From contig CP158635.1 of assembly GCA_050273025.1 (NCBI GenBank), forward strand, positions 28,210,001 to 28,274,000: 64,000 nt of DNA. Direction: 5' to 3'. This DNA comes from Cenococcum geophilum. Taxonomy: Eukaryota. A program made the translations under genes and the position numbers. A model generated the notes under the pieces. The model had not been told where the DNA came from. It made no database searches and saw nothing but the letters and a program-made list of their open reading frames with translations. Of this stretch, positions 39,449 to 50,708 are shown piece after piece. Every line of letters begins with the position of its first letter. Positions within the stretch are counted from its first letter, which is position 1.

Positions 39449-41107
39449 TGTTACAGCGACTTAGTCAATCGAGGCACGAGCGCCGTTTAGAACGTATGCA
39501 AGCCTATATAATTGGAATGTCTATAAACCCGGATATTAAGATAAGGAGAAGAAGAAGATGGCGGTGAGGACACGTCTATATATAAGGGGGAGCCAAGCCT
39601 TTAGCCGAACCCTGACTAAATCCGTTACGGTGCCGTAACATTACCCCCCCCTTTAAAAAAGCTTGCCCTTAAGCTTTATCCTTAGGTGCTTGTCTTCTAC
39701 CTCTTATACAGTTGTAGTTATTTACTGTAGGTGGGGTAGTAGTAGTCGATAAGATGCTATAGGCAGAGCAGTAAGTATTAGTTGGAATGCTGTAGGCAGA
39801 GCAGTGAGGGTTAATCGTAGTACTGCAGGCAGGAGCAGTAGTAGTTAAATTAAGGTTTAGCTGCAGGTAGGAGCAGCTGTGTTTGGGTAGTAGTATGGTA
39901 CTAGCGGCGGTAACAATAGTGGTCGAGCACAGAGCTCGTCTATTAGTTGTCTTGTAATAGCAGGTTAAACGTAGAGCTTAGGCTATTAATTGGTCAAGTG
40001 GTCGTAGGCGTAGAGGCACGATTATTGTCTCGTTGACTGTGGCAGGGCAGTTGTTTATTATAGCAGTATAATGCAAGCGGAAGTTATGGATCGCAGGCGT
40101 AACGGCACGATTATACAGTTAATGGACTGTAGGCGTATTGGCACAGTTGTAGTTAAGTTATAGTAGCAGGCGTATTAGCGCTACTATTGTCTAGTATATG
40201 GATTGTATATATATTGGCATAATTGGTAGTTAATAGCAGAGTAATGCCAGCGTCGATAGTCCTAGTAATTTCGTTCCTCGCAGCTCGTACAACTTAGTAT
40301 TAGTTAGGGTTATTCTTCGCAGCCAGTATATAGCACTAGTCTTAGTATTAACCGATTTCGTTCCTTACAGTATATATAGCTTAGTATCTATTAAAAAGGA
40401 CTATTTAGGTAGTAGTACGGTGCAAGCGTCTGATAGAGACGTACGGTGGTTGTTTAAAGGGTCGTCATTCGATTAATTAATTGGTTGGTAGGTGTACGCG
40501 TTTGGTTAACAGATATACGCGTTGCTTAGTCGGTTGATAAGATTGTACGGTCGGAAAGAGGTTACCGCTTGGCACGTGCTTCCCTATAGCATAGGCGGCC
40601 GTTTAGTAGAGAGAAGAGAAAAAAAAAAGAAGAGAAACATAAATATAAGGGGTGCCTATACGGTATAGGACTTTAATAAGGGTGCCTGTACGGTGTAGGG
40701 ATTCCATACCTAGCCACTATAGGGCTTTAATAATAATAATCCTGCTTTGTCTTAGAGTATACGTCTCCTGCCTTCTTTATTATAGAAGTTAGGCTCTCCT
40801 TCCTTCCTTGCCTACTAGTATATAGGGCTCCGTTACCTATTAACTACCCTAGGCTATAGGGCTTCTTTGACCTGGGATATAACAGCCTACGATTGGTTAA
40901 GGGATCTTAATATAATGTCATAGCGACTTAGTTAATTAAGGCATGAGCGCCATTTAGAACGTATACAAGCCTATACAATTGGAATGTCTATAGACCCGGA
41001 TATTAAGATAAGGAGAAGAAGAAGATAGTGGTGAGGACACGTCTATATACAAGGGGGAGCCAAGCCTTTAGCCGAACCCTGACTAAATCTATTACGGTGC
41101 CGTAACA
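39449..41107 (-). mobile_element. Non-autonomous short LTR element F (TRIM/LARD-like, 1659 bp), nested in the gag region of D
   Basis: 192 bp LTRs at 39449-39640 and 40916-41107 with TSD AGTCC. PPT AAAGGGGGGGGTAA on the - strand. No RT or integrase motifs were seen in the 1275 bp interior. Confidence 0.9.
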
Positions 41108-42194
41108 AGTCCCGTATATACTATTTAATTTATAGGTATTAGCAGCTTTGCTCCTTCTTATATAACCTTAAAGTATATTTACGTAAGGAATCCTTTAAGT
41201 TTTAATATTTCCCCTAAGTACCTTTTAATTAATAGTAACTTAATCTTTACTACTCCTATTCTATTAATCCTATTTTCTAATATCGCATTATTTTCTATTA
41301 ACTAGTTAACTATTTCTTATAATTATTTAACCGTTATAGGTTATTATAAGTTAGTATCTACTATACTAGTGTTGTTTCCTAATCTTAATGTAGTTGCTGC
41401 CGTTAATAGCGTTATAGTGGCTGCTTTTAGTGGTATATTATTTAACTTTATTAATACTGTAACCTTAGTAGTAAATATATAACGAAGCCTTATAGTAGAA
41501 ACTATAGTGGACTTATTAATAGGCTAGGTATATAGGTAAATAAGAAGTTAATAACGTAATAATAACTAGTGGAGTAGTTGCCTAATAGATTAACTCTAAT
41601 TATATTCTAAGATTCACTATAAAGGAGAAAACTATCTAGGTAGGGACTGTGGTCCTTTAAATACATAACCGTACTCCTAAGAAATCCCCTTTATATATAA
41701 GGTATGTATTATACGTATTATATATACGTTCCCTTTATACACCACGTATACTACGTACAATGTTATATAACCTTAGTTACCATTCCTCGTTATATAGCTC
41801 TATTGGCTCCATCCTAGACCGTGCCTAAATTAACTAACTAGCTTCTTCTGATTCCTCTCTAAGTAGTTACAACATTGTACTTAAAGCGTCCGTAACACCC
41901 CCCCTTATTATTTATACCTACACTATATATATATAGCCTCTTTTTCTTTATAGATTAATCTTTATATAAGTCCTTCCTTTCTTACAATTAGTGTACGGAC
42001 TACCGATTAATATAAATCTTTATCTTAGTAAGCGACTTAGACGGTAAAGGCAGAGCTTAAGGCGTACTTACTAATACTAAAGTGTTACTAATCTCTGCCT
42101 AAGAAAACGCCACTTTCTTTTAACTAATTAGCTACTATAGTAAAATCTCTTTAGTACGATACCGTTTATTCGGCCGAGCGTATCGTAATACTAA

Positions 42195-44111
42195 TTATTT
42201 TAGGTACCTCAGCCGCTTCTCCAAGGAATTTGTGGCGTTGCATGGCCCCACTCTACCAACTCGTGCGAACTCCTAAGCTAATTAGCGGCGCGCACTAACT
42301 CCTACGAACTCCTGAGCTAATAGAACGTCGCGCTACCCCCTAGACCCCCTATAACCCCAAAATTCCTCTATAAAGCGTCTAAGAGATTATAGGCGCGCGT
42401 TTGCTATAAATTAGGCGCGATTTTTAATATATACTAACTTTAAGTAACTAAAACGGGGTTAATATAGCAGCTATAGCTACAGTTCCTAATATAATTAAAT
42501 TATAATATCCTCTATTAATATATCCCAGTAAATTTAACTAGCTAATTAACGTATTAGGGGGTAAAGTACAGCCTTAAAGTTTAAAGACGTGTTTTTAAAC
42601 CCGGTTATACCCAACCAGTCTCATTAATATAGCGACTGTACTCTACCACTATACCTCTATTCACCCTAAAACTTCCTAAGGTACCTCTTATACCCTATTA
42701 CAAACAGCTTACCTAATTATACTATACCTATACTAGTAGGTATAGATTTGCTTCGTAGTAGGGGGGAAGATTTAGGTAGAGGCTTGTGCAGAGCTTTGTG
42801 TAGAGCTTTGTAAAGAGCTTCGTATAGAGCTTTATATAGAGCTTTATGCAGAGCTTTATATAGAGCTTTATATAGAGCTTTATATAGAGCTTTATATAGA
42901 GCTTCGTGCAAAGCTTTATATAGAGCTTCGTATAGAGCTTTATATAGAGCTTCGTACAGAGCTTTATATAGAGCTTCGTACAGAGCTTTATATAGAGCTT
43001 CGTGTAGAGCTTTATATAGAGCTTTATATAGAGCCTTATATAGAGCCTTGTGCAGAGCTATATATAGGCGTATAGACGTATAGATTGCAGATGTATAGAC
43101 GTGCAAATATTCGTACGGGCGTTCGTGTAAGTAACTAATTAATTAATTAATTGTATGGACGTTTATAAAGCCGTTTATACGGGCGTTTAGTTAATTGATC
43201 GTATAGACGTTTATAGAGCCATTCGTATAGACGATTATAGAGACTTCCTAGTATATTAGTGCTGCGTATTAGGAGAGTTTTAGAGCTCCGTATTAAGCTT
43301 TAAGTAGAGCTTTAAGCAGCCTCGCGTAGAGCTTTTAAGCAGAGCTTTTAAGCAGAGCTCTATGTAGAGCCTTAAGTAGAGTTTTAAGTAGAGCGTCGTG
43401 TAGAGCTTTAAGCAGAGCTTTAATAGAGCTTTAAGTGGAGCCTTGTATAGAGCTTTGAGCAGAGCTTTAAGTAGAGCTTCGAGTAGAGCTTTAAGCAGAG
43501 CTTTAAGTAGAGCTTCGAGCGGAGTAGAGCTTTAAGTAGAGAGCTTCCCTATATAGACCTTGTATTTAGGCTTGTTTTTAAAGGCCTTGTAAACGGCTTT
43601 GTATAGAGCTTTAAGCAGAGCTTTATATAGGCGTTTGTGTAGGCGTTCGTGCAGGCGTTCGTATAGGCATTTGTGTATACGTTCGTATAGGTTTATAGGG
43701 ACGTTTATAGGGACGGTTGTAGGGGTATTAGGGGCACGGTTGGGCTCCATTGCGAATGCAATATATAGAGTAGGAGATGAGCTTTCAAATGGAGGTATTG
43801 GCGAGCTGAGAAGCGCTATATTAAGGGTCGAAGTACGACGTTAAAGGCGATACAACTGTTGTCCACTAGTAAGGCTATACAGCCCTTACAAAACGCGCCC
43901 ATAATCTCTTAGACCCTCGGAGAGGAATCCACCTTAGCGCTTTATAATTGGCTGCTAAAGCTAGCGCAAGCACTAACGCCTGCGGCGTACATTAGCTGCG
44001 GCGCCAGTCGCTAATTGGCTTAGGTGTGGCGGTGCCAGCTGCTTATTGGCTCAGGAGTTTGCAGGAGGTAAGGTGGATTTTCTCTCCGAGGGTCTGAGTC
44101 AACTGAGATAA
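42195..44111. mobile_element. Unclassified non-autonomous DNA element with compound termini (copy 2, opposite orientation to copy 1)
   Basis: TSD AATACTAA (42187-42194) / AATACCAA (44112-44119). Outer IR TTATTTTAG / CTGAGATAA. Self-inverted modules at 42210-42381 and 43910-44096. Inner IR AGAGATTATAGGCGCG / CGCGCCCATAATCTCT. Confidence 0.75.
42786..43630. repeat. 12 bp tandem arrays (TRYAGAGCTTYR at ~42786-43060; AGAGCTTTAAGY at ~43295-43630)
   Basis: Directly visible. On the - strand they read as (ALYK/ALHE)n and (ALLK)n peptides. Confidence 0.9.
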
Positions 44112-44253
44112 AATACCAATGGTATTGTTATATCAGGAGTCACGTGTTGGGTGAATAAGCAGGAAAAAGAAGGGCTTAATGCCTAAAAAGGCTTAGGATG
44201 TCTACCTCGCGGGCTAAATAGGGCCCCTTCCCATACAAATTCTCTACTGGTTA

Positions 44254-46345
44254 ACGTAGCTGACCGGGAAGCGAGCCACCCCACGAAGCGAGCCACACAA
44301 GGAAATACCTACTATTTTTTATTTCATAGCAAATTACACTAAAATCAAAAAGCCTCAGCATATTACACGATGCCAATTTAATCTTTACCCTCTTGTGAAG
44401 CCGAGACTACCATACAAAATATTATATAGGATCTCTCTTCTGGTGTTGAGCCGTCGATTCGCAAGGCTTCCAGCGCCTATGGAGCACCTAGATCTACCGT
44501 TGGACACCGTCTTGCTGGCCGTCTCCCACGATACGAAGCTTACCCTAGTTTATTGCATCCTTTATAAGAACAGCAAATTATTAAATGGATCCACGAATGT
44601 TAATCCTAGGGCCTTCCGTTGAAGGTTTATATGCTCATAGAAATGGCTTATTCCCTTTTAGGAGAAGGCCAAACTGTAGGCAAGCATTAGGGGCAAAGAT
44701 TTGTCTAACGCCACGGTCTTAGTACTCTACTAAGTCGTCAGCTTAACTGCCAGAGAGCTTGGAATGATGATCTAGTAATTATACGTGACTGGTTTAAGTT
44801 CTTCCGTGCTATTCGTGAGCGATATTAGGTTAAGCATTTAAAATTCATCCACAACTTTAACGAGAAGGGAGTAATGCTAGGTCTTGTAGCAGTGGCCCGA
44901 GTGATCGTATCGGGTAAGATGTGTAGGGAGAGGTTAAAAAATCGAACAGTTATACAGCCAGGCTCTCGTGAGTCAGTATCCATAATTGAGACGGTCGGCG
45001 CCGACGGCTCTCTACTGCCTGCCTTCTTGATTTGGAAGGCGCAATATCACTAGGAAGGATGGTATCAAATCAGTGAGCAAAATGAGGGCCTTCGCGGATA
45101 TACGTACGCTACCTCCCCCAGTAGGTAGACAGAGAACTCCTTAGGCCTATATTACATTGAACATTACGACAAGCATATAAGACACCTTGTGGAAGATTCC
45201 GACGGTAGAATATAGCAATATTGCCTGCTTTTAATGGATAATTATTCGAGCCACCTTACCTAGCAATTTGTTAAGTATGCGCTCGCGCGCAAGATCATCC
45301 TAGTAGCTCTACTACCTCATTTGACTCATAAGCTTCAACCACTAGATATGGGTTATTTTGGACCACTCTCTCACTACTACAGGAAGCAAGTAGATGACTT
45401 CTGTCGATATGGCCACTTAGGCGTTAATAAGGAGTATTTTTTGAAGCTCTACCCGAAGGCGCGCATGCAGGCGTTTACCCCCGATACAATCTGCAACGCC
45501 TGGAAAGCTATAGGCCTTCTACCTTATAACCCTACTGCCGTCTTAAAGACTCTTACCTGTATGGAGCCTCCTGAAAGCCAAGATATAGAGGAATCAACTA
45601 TACCTACTACTTTGCGCACTCTAAAGACACTAAGGACTATAAGGGAAATCGAATCTCTATATAACCATATCAACGAATCAACGACCGCGCGACCTGACGG
45701 CCTGCTTGAGACCCCGACTCGACGACATCTAAAAAAGCTTTTTAAAGCTTTGATAGGCTTCGCGACCGACTCCCATATCTAAAGAGAAGAAAATAAGAAA
45801 TACTAAAGCTTTTGCATTGATAAGAAGTTAAGCAGGCGACTCCTTAGTAAAGGTAGAGTCCTTAGTTAGGAAGACGTTGATCGATTGAAATCTGAAGATC
45901 TATAGAAGCAGGAGGCCTCCGCACGAAAGTTGACTTAAAGGGAGTATGAGGAAGGAATGACTCTACCGGAGCTTGACGTCGCTATATTAAGTAGAGCCGT
46001 TCTAAACCCCGGTGAATATAATCAGGATTGGGCTCACCTTTCTTATGTATTTAGGTGCGATCCGCAGCCTGTAAATAAGTGGATTAACGGGTTGTTGATC
46101 TGGAAAGGGACGTCGCAGGAATGTGGTAGTCGCCCGTGCAATTGGTCGGCGCGTGGGTCTATAACACCACCAAAACGTAGATAAATTATTTTAAGCAATA
46201 TTACGATCGAAATAGTAGTATATAAGCTTCAATTTGACCTATTTAGAATATATTTAAACTCGTTGTTGATTTTATTATAAATTGATCAAATATCACCTGT
46301 ATGTGGCTCGCTTCGTGGGGTGGCTCGCTTCCCGGTCAGCTACGT
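44254..46345 (+). mobile_element. Fot1/pogo-family DNA transposon (2092 bp), nested in the MITE
   Basis: Perfect 44 bp TIRs beginning ACGTAGCTGACCGGGAAGCGAGCCACC (44254-44297 and 46302-46345), with TA TSD. Confidence 0.95.
44370..45940 (+). pseudogene. Fot1/pogo DDE transposase, RIP-inactivated (3' end approximate)
   Basis: ATG at 44370 and HTH remnant GAPRSTVGHRLAG. Catalytic-region motifs HNFNEKG (N-x-DE), LLLMDNYSSH and LPPHLTHKLQPLD. Multiple TAA/TAG stops. Confidence 0.9.
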
Positions 46346-46500
46346 TATATCGATATTGGTGGTAGGTGCCTAACGATATTGTCAAAAGTCAGATTATCGT
46401 AATATTACACCAAAAAAGGCTTGATTAAGGGGTGCAGATCGTAATACAGAGGATATCGTTATGTACCCCATATCGTACTAAGGAGGTTTTACTGTACTGG

Positions 46501-46636
46501 TGTCAATCGGAAGTCCGTGCGCAGATGTCAGGAAAGGAAAACTCGTGTGAAGATTAAATCTATGAAGAAAATGAGGCTATATATACACGTGGATAACTGA
46601 CCGGGTCAAGGTGGCAAAATCCGATTCAGGTCGACA
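46501..46636. mobile_element. Solo LTR (136 bp)
   Basis: TGTCAA...TCGACA, flanked by TSD ACTGG at 46496-46500 and 46637-46641. Confidence 0.8.
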
Positions 46637-49424
46637 ACTGGCCTTAAGTCTGCCCTGCCGTCTGAGGGCAACTCTATGGCGCTTAACTTGAATTTTCGCG
46701 ATTTTGTATAAGAGATACTCTCTCCTAATAATACCCATTTAACCTAATAAGCTAACGAGTTAAGTTAGGCTGGTCTCCTCTGCGGTCGGTTACTTTTTTG
46801 TAATGGGAATACTGCTTCCTTACGAGTTACGCGCTTCTAGTATTTAGGTAGACACCGAGGTGTCCCCAGCTAATGCAGCACTAGTATACTAGGCAGCCTT
46901 ATAAGCGTCTCTACGAACGGCTCTACAATCGCGTATATAATCGTCCGTACGAACGTCCCACCATCGTCTCTATCCCTTAACGCGTCGGGGTCCGTCGATG
47001 AGTGGCCCGTGCGCGAACACCAGAACTACGACTATGCTTGGTAGCTCGCCAAAGGAGAGCTTGACTCGTAGGCATATTTTATCTGCCACTCATCTGTTTT
47101 TGCTATCATTTGGGTCATCTATTGAGGTATCCAATATAACGAGCAGTCCTTCATTCCGACATAAGGGAGTTCCAACTGTGGCAAGGTCAAGTTGCGAAAG
47201 GGGTATACTAAAAGTCTAGCACAAAGCACACTTGGGATATGCTCTGTGGAAAGCACGAGTCCGCTTTAACTCAAAGACAATTCTGGTACGGTGAAGGCCG
47301 CTCGGGCCATACTCAGCGGCCATGAAAAGTTTCTCATGTTCCACCGCGCACACGTAACGTGCTGGTAGCAGGCGTTCGGCTCGTGTCGTAGGATCGCGTT
47401 GTGGACGTGATATAAAGATTTTCTTGCGCTCCGGGACCGTGGAAAAGACTCGGGGCGGAGAGCGGAAGGCGGAGAGAATTTGACACTGTAGTAGTTATGT
47501 ACGTGTAGCACATGAAGTGGTAGGGCTGTTAGGTGTAGGAAGAGTTTTCGTTGCCTAGCATAGCTTAAGATTATGATATTCGAGCGACCTGTAGAGTGAA
47601 CCGATAGGAAGGTTAGTAGTAGGAGCATGGCCCCTTCATTGATGTAAGGTATATTGTAGAATTCGTACCACAATCAACGAGCATAAAGAGTTGGCTATTA
47701 AGCTATGAAAGGCTCTGTGGTCGTGGACCGTGATGTAAATGTTCATAGAATTCTGAAAATATTTATTTATTTCTCTATTGTGTTACCTGCCCTACTATCC
47801 AAATTGTGCTATCCTTTTGGCACACCCCGCAGTTTGGAGAAATTCTATTTATTTCCGATCACTTTGTACCCCGAAGCTGATATTCTGTCGTATGCTGCGG
47901 CGAGTCTAAACCTTCGAAAGGGTCTTGTGCTTTGTATTCATGAGATCTGCTCACAGCAGTACCAGAACGTAGGCTCAAAAGCACCACTCGGAAATTTGCT
48001 CCTACCGCCTTTTCCTCGAGTGTTTCGCATAGGTGTTAAATGGCCAGAAATGGGGGTGCCAACAAGCTCGTAATAATGATAATTTCAGACAACAACCACG
48101 TGGTCTCTCCTAAATTCTTAACACGTCGTACCTCCACGCCTAATACACTGCTCGAAAGATTCATATTTTCTGTAGCTTCTAATGCCAACGTAGGCAATCG
48201 CGAACAGAAAGAATACTAATATGAAGAAGAATGTGACGATGGCAATGATCTCCGGTTTGTTAGATTTTCATGTCAGGTGCTTTGGGTCATCGCGGCCAAG
48301 ACGCCGTTGTTCATGTCGTTGCATCCGATGCCAGGCAGTCTCGTCTATTGCATCGAGGGATTCAATCGAAGCCAGCGAAGGGGGTACTGAGTCTGGATCG
48401 GAATCGGACTGGCAATATGCGCAGCGTTGAACGTGATTAGTGGTACGAGAATCTTGACACTCAGTGTGAGGCGGAGGCATGAATGGAGATGGAGAATTTG
48501 TTTCAAGAGACTGTACTTTGCTGCTGTTAATCTGTGCTCACATCAGATGGGCTGTCATAATCTGTGGGTTGGGAGGACTGACCTCGGATATGGTTAAAAG
48601 TTACCCAAACTATTTCGCTACAATGGACATGGGAAAGCTGAAACAAGGCCGAAGAAAAAGCCAGAGCCGAGACAGCGAATATATCACAAAGTCAATGCGA
48701 ACAGCGAACGGTACGTTTTTTTTTTGCAACCTCTTTTTGTAAATATGCTCGCGATAGACCAATTCAGCCCTGCTGTCAATCTGATGCGAGCCTACCTAGC
48801 AACTATCATGCTAATTCCCCTTTCCTCCACAACATACCAAAACGATTTCCCGCAAATTACAAGGAATCGGAGAAAAAACAGAAGGGTATCTCTGCCCGCG
48901 TAAGCAAATAACAGACGGCGAGTGAGCTATGTTGTGCGATGATGCCACAGCCGGGAAATTTTCCGATTCCAATTTCAGCCTTGTTCTCTCTCCAACTGTC
49001 CGCTTGAGCTAGACTACCCAAATTAGTTGGATAATTAAATCCAGAAAGATCGGGCTTAGCTGCTATACTCGAGCAGTGTGCAGCAAATTTGTCTGTGATT
49101 TTCCTCCTATGCCACTTCCTTCCTTGCTTGCAAGCAAATAAGATGTTCAGAATAGGGGTGACCACGAGTTTTTTTAGGGGTCCGGGTAGTAGACAAAGGA
49201 AATCGCTTAAAGCAAAATAGCAAGGAAATCTTGATATCGCAGCAGATAGAAACACAATCGCTCGCAATGCCAGGGAGAAAATGACCACGCTATGACGCTC
49301 CTACATGGATTTTTGATACAAGGAAAACTTCGAGAAATTTTGGAAAGGTCGGAGATGGTGTACGAAGCACGGAAGGACTTATAGGTAACATGCAGCAACG
49401 GGACCCACGCTTGAATAGCTCGGG

Positions 49425-50708
49425 CTACTGTACATGCTGCGGAGGAATGTATTGATTGTGATAGTATTGTGGTTGCGGTTGTGGCACGTCTAAAATTGGG
49501 GTTGGCGTGGAAGGATACAAACGTGGGAGAAGTGCTTGGCTCTTGCCAATATTGGAGTCGCCGAATTGTTCGTTGTCCGGCGTGATGGGGGGTGTGAGAC
49601 AGCCATGTTGCATGACGGCACCGTAGTGATTCTTTTGCGGGGTCTGTGGCGCAAGGTATGCGCCTGTTGCAGGTTTCTGCTCTTCGCAAGGCATTGCTAC
49701 TGGTGGTGTTGGTGGAGCCGCGGCTCGCCTTGCAATTTGGGCCTGGCGTTGTAAGAACTCGTCGACTGTAGTTGAAACAGATGACAAGTGCATTGACGAA
49801 TATTTTCTAGAAAGCACCTGTGATGGCTGATATAGATGGTTGGACAGGTTCAAAACAGTCACAGGGTCGTAAGCTCCAGCCCAGTCAGAGTGCTTAGACT
49901 GTGTCCGAGATAAGATGCACCTTGCAAGAGCAAGCGCAGATCTCGCCAATACGGAAGGCCGTGTTGACACAAATTCCTTATGGAAGAGAGCGATCTCGGC
50001 AATGTACAGAGCCATATGTTCAACCTCAGGGTCATAGGCAACTTCTGAGAGAGCGAGCTGAAGGAATGCATCAACAGTGGGATGTCCAATGATCCAGTTA
50101 AGAGTCTGGAGTACGTGCCACTCCATCTGTGTGAACATTTCATCATCGTATAGTGAGCAGCACATGGACTTCAACTCTCTGACTGTTGGTACCCGATCTT
50201 TCCTGTCTCCATACTTTGCGGCGATGAGAAGAGCAGCACATCCAACAAGTTGGTAATGGCGCTTATAGACGACTCGCCTTGAGCAATACCTATCTAGAAG
50301 GTTGACTGCGAGGAATAGGGTTTCTGGGAGGAGCTGAAATGCGGCGTGTGCTTCAACGAGAAAGTCAAGGAGGTACGGGCGCATGAACCACTGGATCTCT
50401 GTTTGGATATCAATTGAGTTGACATCTGGCATTGTTTGAGACTACTGAGAAGTTAGCAAGTGGGCAAAGATGAGGAAGTCAAGGCATTTGACCTCCATGT
50501 GTTCCATATGATCCATAATATCCTCTTGATACTCTTCGCTTGTCATCCTTGAAAGCTCTTCGGCGATTGCTCGTTGTTGCATCCTAGCAATGGCACGAGC
50601 TCGCTCTCTCGCCTCAGCACGTACGGCATAAATCCCATCGTGGTGTGTGTCCACAAAGAAACTGTCACAATGTCCATAACGAGACTGGTTCTGTTGTTGG
50701 TAGGCCAT
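49425..50708 (-). CDS. G1/S-type cyclin (Cln1/Ccn1/PucA-like), 410 aa; exons 50493-50708 and 49425-50441
   Basis: Cyclin box MRPYLLDFLVEAH...ETLFLAVNLLDRY...YQLVGCAALLIAAKY...ME. A 51 nt intron (GTCAAA..GCTAAC..TAG) keeps the frame. The C-terminus is PEST/TP-rich (LTPPITP). Confidence 0.93.

Larger units (their letters stand above)
25216..41897 (-). mobile_element. Ty3/Gypsy chromovirus LTR retrotransposon D (heavily RIP-mutated), hosting elements E and F
   Basis: 420 bp LTRs at 25216-25635 and 41478-41897 with TSD CCCCC. PPT AGAGAAGAGAGATGG on the - strand. Gag with two zinc-knuckle remnants (~38700-38780), RT IAYLNNIIIY (~28660), and chromodomain YKVK*IGYNKTT*ELLENL (~26400-26460). Confidence 0.93.
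42138..46494. mobile_element. Tc1/mariner-superfamily (pogo/Tigger-type TIR) MITE, ~370 bp once two nested insertions are removed
   Basis: 24 bp TIRs TAGTAAAATCTCTTTAGTACGATA (42138-42161) and TATCGTACTAAGGAGGTTTTACTG (46471-46494) differ only by 3 C>T changes. TA flanks both sides. Confidence 0.85.

Noticed and set aside
2746..44096. One 41 kb element bounded by the two AGACCC-type inverted modules
   Set aside because: Each module pairs with a nearby AGACGC-type module and has its own TSD, which defines two separate small elements.
2212..46981. TATCCCTTAAC direct repeat bracketing the whole TE block, suggesting one giant (Starship-like) insertion
   Set aside because: Similarity continues 3' of both copies, and the left copy has its own inverted partner at 2529-2546. 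They are ends of two related small transposons. No tyrosine recombinase (captain) remnant was seen.
46998..49288. Short ORFs downstream of the cyclin (e.g. 47266-47673, 47705-48073, 48268-48480, 48857-49288)
   Set aside because: No recognisable domains or supported splice models. A small gene cannot be excluded without RNA-seq.
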